Shown in pieces: positions 18,777-25,615 of a stretch of DNA of 36,011 nt. A program made the position numbers and the translations under genes. The stretch comes from an uncultured bacterium (GTDB lineage Bacteria > Patescibacteriota > Microgenomatia > UBA8517), in the NCBI GenBank assembly GCA_937928235.1, contig CALEZE010000008.1, positions 1 through 36,011 of the forward strand. The letters run 5' to 3'. The notes beneath the pieces were generated by a model. It saw nothing but the letters and a program-made list of their open reading frames with translations. It did no database searches and was not told where the DNA came from. Each line of letters starts with the position of its first letter. The stretch's first letter is position 1.

Positions 18777-18783
18777 TTGGGCA

Positions 18784-19944
18784 ATGTCAAAAAGGTTTAG
18801 CGGGCTCGTGCCGATAATTCTACTGTCTTTGGTGCCGACACTTCTTATTTGGTTGCCATTTTTGTTGAGACTCGAGTCTTTTTGGACTATACCTCTGCCA
18901 ACAGCCGGAATGGCCACAATCGTTGCAAACTACGACGGACCGCTTTATTTGGTTGTTGCAAAAACTCTCTACAAGGCAGACCTTATTAAAAGCATGTTTC
19001 AGTTCACCCTACCAACCGAATACTACGCTGCACATTTCCCACTTTTTCCACTATTGATAAAACTATTCGCACCACTTTTCGGACATATATATTCCATGCT
19101 CCTTGTAAGCATCTCCTCTTCCGTTTTGGCGCTTTATTTCTTTTTCAAACTCGCTGCAGACACCGTCAACAAGAAAAGCGCACTGTGGCTCACAACCATC
19201 TTTGCTCTTCTTCCGGCTCGTTGGTTGATTGTTCGCTCAGTGGGTTCTGCCGAGCCTTTGTTTATCGCGAGCATTATTGCATCCATATACTTTTTTAGAA
19301 AAAAGCAATATGTTTTTGCTGGAATCTGGGGTGCACTAGCACAACTCACAAAATCCCCCGGTATTCTTTTGTTTGTTGCTTATGCAGCTGCCATAGTCTT
19401 TCCACATCTTAGGTACCTTGCAACCCATTCGTTTTCGGGGTGGGTTGAAAAACTGCAACTGAAAAAAGTTTACCCACTACTTCTTATACCCTTGGCGTTA
19501 ATACTGCTTTTTGCCTTTTATGGTTACGCCATGGGTGACTTCTTTGCTTACTTTAATTCGGGAGACAACAGGCATATTTTCTTCCCCCCATTTACAATAT
19601 TTAATTACTCAGCACCTTGGGTGGGTACTTTTTGGCTGGAGGAAATCCTTTTCGTTTACCTGATAGGCGCCCTGGGCATTGCAAAACTATTTGAGCAGAA
19701 AAAAGAAATAATGGCATGGTTTGCTGGAATATTTTTTGCTTCCATTCTTTTTGTCGCACACCGAGACATCTTGCGATATGCACTACCTGTGGTTCCCTTT
19801 TTGATTATCGCCTTCGCAGACACATTAAACAAAAAGGCATTCAAATATGTTTTTGCTCTCATCGTTATTCCGAGCTATCTTTTTGCTCTCACTTACATTT
19901 CTCAAAATGTGATGCCAATTTCTAATTGGACTCCATTCCTCTGA
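18784..19944 (+). CDS. Polytopic membrane protein, PIG-V/GT-C-like mannosyltransferase family candidate
   Basis: Start moved to the internal ATG at 18784 (MSKRFSGLVPIILLSL...), because the first 70 track codons are antisense to the GT2 gene. ANYDGPLYLVVAKTLY resembles the YDG..Y..IA..GY motif of PIG-V-like/DUF2029-type GT-C proteins. About 10 TM helices. Confidence 0.45.
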   Translation: MSKRFSGLVPIILLSLVPTLLIWLPFLLRLESFWTIPLPTAGMATIVANYDGPLYLVVAKTLYKADLIKSMFQFTLPTEYYAAHFPLFPLLIKLFAPLFGHIYSMLLVSISSSVLALYFFFKLAADTVNKKSALWLTTIFALLPARWLIVRSVGSAEPLFIASIIASIYFFRKKQYVFAGIWGALAQLTKSPGILLFVAYAAAIVFPHLRYLATHSFSGWVEKLQLKKVYPLLLIPLALILLFAFYGYAMGDFFAYFNSGDNRHIFFPPFTIFNYSAPWVGTFWLEEILFVYLIGALGIAKLFEQKKEIMAWFAGIFFASILFVAHRDILRYALPVVPFLIIAFADTLNKKAFKYVFALIVIPSYLFALTYISQNVMPISNWTPFL

Positions 19945-19961
19945 GTAAAAATTGAGAGTGT

Positions 19962-20420
19962 TTGAGAGATTATTCTTCTTACAATAGCCTTGTGTCAGCA
20001 GAACAAGATATTCCCAGAAACTGGAGGCTGAAAGCACAAAGATACAGAATGGTCGGTACGGCCTGTGAGGAAGGGCATAGACACTTTCCCCCGGTTGCTG
20101 TCTGTCGACATTGCAGCGGAGAAGCAAAAGCTCCCTACCAATTTAGTGGCAAGGGGGAAATTTACTCGTTTGCTACTGTTTTTGAGGGTCCAGCTGGTTT
20201 TAACGGAAAAACTCCATACCACCTCGCCACAATTAGGCTCGAAGAAGGTCCTTTAATCACTGCGCAGCTAACTGACTTTGGAAATAAGGAGCCTGAGATA
20301 GGCGCAGCTGTCGAAATGGTAACGAGAATGATAAAGGAAGTTGCTGGCGAGAGAAGTCTCTTTGTTTATGGATATAAATTTAGACCGCAGCTTCAGGCCG
20401 AGCCTGAGCAGCCAAAATAG
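19962..20420 (+). CDS. DUF35-type Zn-ribbon + OB-fold protein
   Basis: ...YRMVGTACEEGHRHFPPVAVCRHCSG... (Zn-ribbon with an fPP motif) followed by FSGKGEIYSFATVF...YHLATIRLEEGPLITAQL (OB fold). The track start is a TTG, so the start is uncertain (GTG 19992 or ATG 20049 are possible). Confidence 0.55.
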   Translation: MRDYSSYNSLVSAEQDIPRNWRLKAQRYRMVGTACEEGHRHFPPVAVCRHCSGEAKAPYQFSGKGEIYSFATVFEGPAGFNGKTPYHLATIRLEEGPLITAQLTDFGNKEPEIGAAVEMVTRMIKEVAGERSLFVYGYKFRPQLQAEPEQPK

Positions 20421-21306
20421 CTTCCTCAAGCTTACGGTTTATCCAAGACCTTCTGATGTGAATTTGATACCCTCTGTCTTCCTGTTTGGCATGCACCAAA
20501 TCTTGGTAGGTCTCAAACATCTCTTTCAGCCCGGCCCTGAAATTATGATTTGCACTAAACTTGCTGGCCTCATTTACTGGTAAAAACCTGTGCTTCTTTA
20601 ATCTGTGGCTTGTGAAATTCTTTAAATCTGAAAGGTGGCTTGGCAGACTAAGCACATACACGGCTACCCGGACATCAACAACATCGACATACATAAAGGG
20701 TTCGGGGTTCATTGGAATGACATTGTCTGGAAACTTTCTCTCTACGGTCTTCTCCATAAACACCTCTTGCTGAAGAAGCCGCCTTATTGAATCTTGCGGG
20801 TTTTCGTTTCTTTTTGAAAATCCCATTGGAACCGAAACCGCACCATATGGTTTGCCAAGCTCAACTCTGGGTGAAGTATCCAAGCCGATCATTATCTCGT
20901 TGGGATTGCCTTCAGAATAAATCATGACAGCAGTTCCCACTCGTCTCAAGTCTCTTTCTTCAAGTGCTTCTTTGGCATTCTTTTTGATATCTTTGTAAGT
21001 TCGGTGCAAGCTTGCAACTGCGTGGGTAAAACTGCTTGGCATCTTTTTGTATAAAGTCTCAAGCGGAACTTGTTTTTCTGCCAAACTCACAAAGAATCCT
21101 ATTAGTTCTGATAAAGGCTTGTTTGGACCTGCGGCTTTAACAATACCCCACTCGTCAATAAGCCTGTGAATACTCGCCTGAGACATTGGTATATCGTAGT
21201 TGTTTGCTTTAAGAAGTTCGTCTACGGAGCCATACTTAAGATATTCTGAAACCACACTTTTGCAAATCTCTAATTCGTATTCTGGTAGATTAGCCATTTC
21301 TTTCAT
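20380..21306 (-). CDS. Hypothetical protein: N-terminal helix-turn-helix-like region plus a C-terminal Nudix-fold domain with a degenerate Nudix box
   Basis: The N-terminal MSQASIHRLIDEWGIVK looks like an HTH recognition helix. GFSKRNENPQDSIRRLLQQEVFM fits Gx5Ex7REUxEExGU in spacing, but RE is RL, the first E of the EE pair is Q, and the final G is F. The 3' end overlaps the convergent DUF35 gene by 41 nt. Confidence 0.35.
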   Translation of the reverse strand: MKEMANLPEYELEICKSVVSEYLKYGSVDELLKANNYDIPMSQASIHRLIDEWGIVKAAGPNKPLSELIGFFVSLAEKQVPLETLYKKMPSSFTHAVASLHRTYKDIKKNAKEALEERDLRRVGTAVMIYSEGNPNEIMIGLDTSPRVELGKPYGAVSVPMGFSKRNENPQDSIRRLLQQEVFMEKTVERKFPDNVIPMNPEPFMYVDVVDVRVAVYVLSLPSHLSDLKNFTSHRLKKHRFLPVNEASKFSANHNFRAGLKEMFETYQDLVHAKQEDRGYQIHIRRSWINRKLEEAILAAQARPEAAV

Positions 21307-21348
21307 CGGACTAAATGTTGCACCTTCATAAACTACAATTTTAGTCCG
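21307..21348 (-). promoter_or_regulatory. Perfect 9-bp inverted repeat (CGGACTAAA / TTTAGTCCG, 24-nt spacer) abutting the ATG of 20380..21306
   Basis: Arms at 21307..21315 and 21340..21348, read directly from the sequence. The spacer contains a GAAGGTG purine tract and an 8-codon uORF (MKVQHLVR*) whose TGA overlaps the main ATG. Confidence 0.35.
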
Positions 21349-21385
21349 TAAAAACTCTCAAAAACTTTCAAATCTCATCCTGGAT

Positions 21386-22540
21386 TTATTTTTTTCTACT
21401 GAAGATTTTGGGTAACTTCCAGGTCTTCCAGATTACAACATTAGCCATGATGTAGTTGTATGGAAAAACTATGAAGAGCACTATAACTGCCAAAACCAAA
21501 TAATCGTACTCCGCCCCGAAAATCCTAACACCAAGTGGTCCAAGAATAGACTGTATTATCAAGGCTCCGGCAGAAGTTAAGTTGAACTGGAAGAACTTAT
21601 TTATATGCGCTTTGACACCCGAGATTTTCTCGGCCTTAAAAGTCCAAATATTGTTGAAAATGTAGTTGTTGGCAATTGCAAGCTCAGTTGCAAAGAGCCA
21701 AGTTAAAACCTCGGCAAGCCCGATCCCTCTAAAAATTCTAATAAAGGCAAAGTTAACCAAAAAACCAGCAAAGCCAACTATTCCGAACTTAATTATCTTA
21801 ATCTTGTCCATAATTCCTAAATATGTTGCCACTTTGTAACTTGCAATCATTTCCTTGAAGTTAAACTTACTTTTTTCCTCTGTTCGGGGACGAAACTCAA
21901 GAGGAACTTCTACCGTTTTTTTTGAAAGCTTTAGTGTTCTGTAAAAAAGATCCATCTTGTAAGCAAAGCGTTTAAGTTCCATCAAACTTTCAAGTTTTAT
22001 CTTTTCAAGTACTCCCTTTACTCTAGTTAGTCTGAAACCCGTAGTAACATCGTGAATCTTAAAATTAAGCCAAACAAGACGGATATATAAGTTGCCAAAA
22101 TAGCTTACAAATTTGCGAGTGAATGCCCATTCTTCGGGAACTGATCCTCCATCAACATACCTGCTTCCAACAACATAATCCGCTCCGTCCAGGTACGCCT
22201 CTATCATCGGTTTAACAAATCTAGGGGGGTGTTGTCCATCCGCATCCATTTCCATAACGGCATCAGCGTTTAGTTTTTTGATTGCGTGGTTAATACCTGC
22301 GACATACGCCCAACCAAGACCAGACTTGCTGCCCTGTTGAATTATGTGCACTTTGGAGTTGGTTTTTGCCGCTTTTTCGACAATTTCGGTTGTGCCATCT
22401 GTGGAATTATTGTCCACCACAAGAAGTTCGACATCGACACCTTTTATGTCAGGGAAGACTTCCTTCGTCAAAGTCCCGACCATCTTTTCGATGTTTTTTG
22501 CCTCATTCCAAGCAGGCATTACTATTACGACTTTGTCCAT
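21386..22540 (-). CDS. Polyprenyl-phosphate sugar synthase (DPM1/GtrB-like GT2) fused to a C-terminal GtrA-like 4-TM domain
   Basis: VVIVMPAWNEAKNI...LLVVDNNSTDGT...MDADGQHPP...YVVGSRY for the GT2 part. The C-terminal FGIVGFAGFLVNFAFIRIF...NNYIFNNIWTF... is typical of the GtrA family. Confidence 0.7.
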   Translation of the reverse strand: MDKVVIVMPAWNEAKNIEKMVGTLTKEVFPDIKGVDVELLVVDNNSTDGTTEIVEKAAKTNSKVHIIQQGSKSGLGWAYVAGINHAIKKLNADAVMEMDADGQHPPRFVKPMIEAYLDGADYVVGSRYVDGGSVPEEWAFTRKFVSYFGNLYIRLVWLNFKIHDVTTGFRLTRVKGVLEKIKLESLMELKRFAYKMDLFYRTLKLSKKTVEVPLEFRPRTEEKSKFNFKEMIASYKVATYLGIMDKIKIIKFGIVGFAGFLVNFAFIRIFRGIGLAEVLTWLFATELAIANNYIFNNIWTFKAEKISGVKAHINKFFQFNLTSAGALIIQSILGPLGVRIFGAEYDYLVLAVIVLFIVFPYNYIMANVVIWKTWKLPKIFSRKK

Positions 22541-22607
22541 CTTTTTAAAGAAAAGGTGTTTCTACGCCTTTAGATTATCGTATCAGAGTAAATGCCAAAA
22601 ACCTAGC

Positions 22608-23315
22608 CTAAATCGAGGTTTTCACTTTTTTGTTTCGAAGTTTTCTGTGTTCTAGAAAAAAAGTTACAAGAATCCATAAAAAAATAAATACCAACAAAAA
22701 AGTGGGCTCTTCGAGGCCTGCTCTGGCTGGCTCTGCAAATTCATACAAAAGTCGGCCAAAAACATACCCATACAGCGTCATAAATAGGGGGACATAAATA
22801 AGTTTTTTGAGATTACCGTTTTCAAGTCCTTCGTTAAAAAAGTAGAAAGCCAGTAAGTTTGGGTGGAGCATGGAAACAAACAATCCTCTTGAAAACATTT
22901 CGGATTCTTTTAAAATTTCTTCTTTTTCCGGAAAATTCTTCGAAGCTATGTAACGCCCCAGGAAAAAGTTGATGATCGCAGTCACGGTCAGTGTCAAGGC
23001 GACCACAAAACTAATTGTGATTAGAGAGGAAAAACCGCCGTCAGAAAAAAACACTGCCAAAGCGATAATTAATGAGCCTTGAAAATAAAGACCTAGATAG
23101 GCTATGCGCTCTAGGGCAGTTGCAATGGCCAGACCTAAATAACCATAGTTGTTGTACAAACCCTCCAGAAAATTGAGTATTTCGCGGGGTTCAGGAATAA
23201 TTTCGTACTTCCAAAGAAATATTGTCACCAGATAAAAACCAAGCGCTGAGAGTGGGAGAACTGGTATGGGCTCTAGCAACTCAAGCTTCTTTTTTAGTTT
23301 TTTAGAAAGAATCAT
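22608..23315 (-). CDS. Polytopic membrane protein, divergent DedA/VTT-like candidate
   Basis: YGYLGLAIATALERIAYLGLYFQGSLIIALAVFFSDGG...FFLGRYIAS...MLHPNLLAF loosely follows the DedA pattern (yGy.g.f...flE...P....aG...iGry.G...RF.P..R). Weak assignment made by eye. Confidence 0.35.
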   Translation of the reverse strand: MILSKKLKKKLELLEPIPVLPLSALGFYLVTIFLWKYEIIPEPREILNFLEGLYNNYGYLGLAIATALERIAYLGLYFQGSLIIALAVFFSDGGFSSLITISFVVALTLTVTAIINFFLGRYIASKNFPEKEEILKESEMFSRGLFVSMLHPNLLAFYFFNEGLENGNLKKLIYVPLFMTLYGYVFGRLLYEFAEPARAGLEEPTFLLVFIFLWILVTFFLEHRKLRNKKVKTSI

Positions 23316-23331
23316 CCTGAACCAGTATAAT
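23303..23331. promoter_or_regulatory. Overlapping divergent -10 boxes for trmD (+) and the DedA-like gene (-)
   Basis: Plus strand: TAGAAA (23303..23308), 17 nt, TATAAT (23326..23331), 6 nt, ATG at 23338. Minus strand: TATACT (23329..23324), 8 nt, ATG at 23315. The intergenic gap is only 22 bp. Confidence 0.4.
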
Positions 23332-23337
23332 ACAGCT

Positions 23338-23988
23338 ATGCGGATTGATATACTTACCCTTTTTCCAGAAATGTTTCAGGGTCCATTTGAAGAGTCCATT
23401 GTAAAACGCGCTCAGGAAAAAGATCTTGTGCAAATTAATTTACACAACATACGCAAATGGGCAGCAGACAAACACGGTACGGTTGATAACAAACCTTATG
23501 GTGGTGGACCTGGCATGGTGTTGAGAGTAGATGTCATAGACAGTGCGTTAAAAGAAATTAAATCCGAAAAGGCCAAAACCGTACTTCTTACACCCCAAGG
23601 TAAAACCTATTCACAAAAAGTTGCTCAAAACTACTCAACACTCAAACACTTAATACTGATTGCAGGCCACTACGAAGGGTTTGATGAAAGAATCAGGGAA
23701 CATTTGGTGGACGGGGAAGTTTCCATCGGAGACTTTGTTTTAACGGGCGGAGAGCTCCCCGCCATGATGGTCGTTGATTCTGTTGTCCGTCTTTTGCCAG
23801 GAGTTTTAGGAGACAAAGATTCTCTCAAAGACGAAACTCACTCCAAACCCGGATTAAAAAAATACCCAGTCTACACAAGGCCTGAAAGTTATAATGACTG
23901 GGAAGTACCAGAAGTTTTACTTTCTGGAGATCATAAAAAAATCTTAGCTTGGCAGCAGGCAAAGCTTAAGAAATCTAGTAAAATATAA
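23338..23988 (+). CDS. trmD: tRNA (guanine37-N1)-methyltransferase
   Basis: MRIDILTLFPEMFQGPF...YGGGPGMVL...LLTPQG...LIAGHYEGFDERI...IGDFVLTGGELPAMMVVDSVVRLLPGVLG, the canonical TrmD. Start moved to the ATG at 23338, since the track ORF begins 72 nt upstream inside the divergent gene. Confidence 0.9.
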   Translation: MRIDILTLFPEMFQGPFEESIVKRAQEKDLVQINLHNIRKWAADKHGTVDNKPYGGGPGMVLRVDVIDSALKEIKSEKAKTVLLTPQGKTYSQKVAQNYSTLKHLILIAGHYEGFDERIREHLVDGEVSIGDFVLTGGELPAMMVVDSVVRLLPGVLGDKDSLKDETHSKPGLKKYPVYTRPESYNDWEVPEVLLSGDHKKILAWQQAKLKKSSKI

Positions 23989-24013
23989 TTGCAAGGAAAG
24001 GGGGTGAGATATT

Positions 24014-24142
24014 TTGCAGAATTTAAGCGCCTTTAACTCTTTAGTTTTTGGAATATTGATACTCTTGTTTCCTAAATCCCTAAACTACCTAATAGCTATA
24101 TACCTAATTCTAGCCGGCCTTTTCGGATTGGGGATTATTTAA
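24014..24142 (+). CDS. Small (42 aa) two-helix membrane protein, DUF3096-like
   Basis: Below the track cutoff. TTG start preceded by AAGGAAAGGGGGTGAG. Translation is (M)QNLSAFNSLVFGILILLFPKSLNYLIAIYLILAGLFGLGII*, matching the ...GILILIFPK.LNY..AIYLI..G... pattern I associate with DUF3096. Its 3' end overlaps the rmlD stop by 8 nt. Confidence 0.45.
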   Translation: MQNLSAFNSLVFGILILLFPKSLNYLIAIYLILAGLFGLGII

Positions 24143-25028
24143 GAGAGGATACAAAATCGTTAACAGCTTCTTGCCAGCTTCTGAATTTTGCGTCTAATTT
24201 TTCCTCCGTTATGGTTGTATCAAGACCGCCAAGACGAGGTCTGGGTGTCCGACCAGGGGCCATTAGAAATTCCTCCATAGACCCTTTCTCCACTTCAACC
24301 TCATTTCCTGTATACTTTTGCAAAAGATAGCTCGCAAATGCATGTGGAGTGGTAACTCCCGGGTTAACTACATGGTAAACCCCTGGCTGAGCAAGTTCTG
24401 CCATTTTAATTAACATATCAATCTGATCCTCTAGGTAGGTAACAGTTAACTTTTGATCCGTAAACATGGGGTACAGTTTCCCTTCCTCATACAACGAAAT
24501 AATCCCGTGTGCGTAGTCTTTCTTTGCCTCAAAATCTTTTGATCTAAAAGGATAGGCGGTTCTCACAATTGCAAATTCCCCATCAATCTCATGTAAAGCA
24601 ACCTCTGCGCGATTTTTGGTCCACCCGTACCAACCTAAGCCATCTGGGTTTTCTGGCAGGATAGCGTCCTCTACATATGGCCCAGGCTCTGATTCCGTTC
24701 CCTTAAAAACAAAGTCTGTGGATATATGAATCAAAAATTTGCCGTATTTTTTGCTGGCCTCTGCCAAATTTCTTGGACCCTCAACATTAACTCTCCAAAC
24801 TAAACCTTCTTCGTCCCCTCTTTCTTTTTCTGCTGCATCGACATTCGTAAAAGCTGCGTAGTTGAGAACAGTATCGAAACTGTCTCCTTTTTCTTCAAAA
24901 AACCTCAATACTCGTTCTCTATTTGTTATATCTAAGGCTTTCTCATCTACTCCTAGTGAATTTGGGACTGCGTCCATAAAAGTCGTTCCCATCAACCCAC
25001 TTGCGCCAACTACTAAAAACTTTTTCAT
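24135..25028 (-). CDS. rmlD: dTDP-4-dehydrorhamnose reductase-like SDR
   Basis: VVGASGLMGTTF Rossmann start, STDFVF and YGWTKNRAE (YxxxK). ATGA overlap with the upstream rmlC. Confidence 0.7.
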   Translation of the reverse strand: MKKFLVVGASGLMGTTFMDAVPNSLGVDEKALDITNRERVLRFFEEKGDSFDTVLNYAAFTNVDAAEKERGDEEGLVWRVNVEGPRNLAEASKKYGKFLIHISTDFVFKGTESEPGPYVEDAILPENPDGLGWYGWTKNRAEVALHEIDGEFAIVRTAYPFRSKDFEAKKDYAHGIISLYEEGKLYPMFTDQKLTVTYLEDQIDMLIKMAELAQPGVYHVVNPGVTTPHAFASYLLQKYTGNEVEVEKGSMEEFLMAPGRTPRPRLGGLDTTITEEKLDAKFRSWQEAVNDFVSSLK

Positions 25029-25597
25029 TTGTCTTTGAAGTGTTCTGGATAAAGGTCTCTCATTGAAGGATTGTTTCTGTCTCTCTCAGAAATTATTGGT
25101 TTATCAACTGGCCAATCTATTGCCAAATCTGGGTCATCCCAAGCGATACCTTGCGCCTTTGCATCATCCCAGTACTCATCTACCAGATATAGATAATGGA
25201 GGTCGTTTTCACCCAAAGCGCAAATGGAATTGCCCATTCCAGCGGGGAGAAAAATTGCTTGATGTGGAGAATCTGGAGCATCAGCGTCCAAAGTAAATGT
25301 TTCAATTTTCCCAAAAGTCTCACTTCCTGGGCGTACATCTACAATGGGTGCAAAAAGCTTTCCAGTAACAGGGTAGATCAACTTATTCCAATTCTCCGTG
25401 TGAACCGCTCTAATAACACCAGGATGACTCATTGAGTGGCTCCACTGAACAGGTTTAAAATCTATCCCAGAAGCTTCCTTCAGTTCATTCAAACGAAATA
25501 CTTCGTGGAAAAAGCCACGGTTGTCCGGGTAGGTGGGGCGCTCAATAATTAGAACTCCGGGAATTGAAGTTTCGCGAATTACCGTATCTGACGCCAT
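25025..25597 (-). CDS. rmlC: dTDP-4-dehydrorhamnose 3,5-epimerase (cupin)
   Basis: IPGVLIIERPTYPDNRGFFHEVFR...GVIRAVHTE...QAIFLPAGMGNS...YLVDEYWD are RmlC hallmarks. Confidence 0.8.
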   Translation of the reverse strand: MASDTVIRETSIPGVLIIERPTYPDNRGFFHEVFRLNELKEASGIDFKPVQWSHSMSHPGVIRAVHTENWNKLIYPVTGKLFAPIVDVRPGSETFGKIETFTLDADAPDSPHQAIFLPAGMGNSICALGENDLHYLYLVDEYWDDAKAQGIAWDDPDLAIDWPVDKPIISERDRNNPSMRDLYPEHFKDK

Positions 25598-25615
25598 ACG
25601 CAGATTGTAACAGAT

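Noticed and set aside
18574-18783. 70-codon N-terminal extension of the 18574..19944 track ORF. Analogous extensions occur at 23266..23337 (trmD), 34337..34369 (tsaB) and 4102..4125 (GT4).
   Set aside because: The extensions run antisense through, or overlap, neighbouring genes and read as non-protein-like sequence. Internal ATGs give canonical N-termini ([44 protein letters not shown]) and tidy ATGA or promoter contexts.
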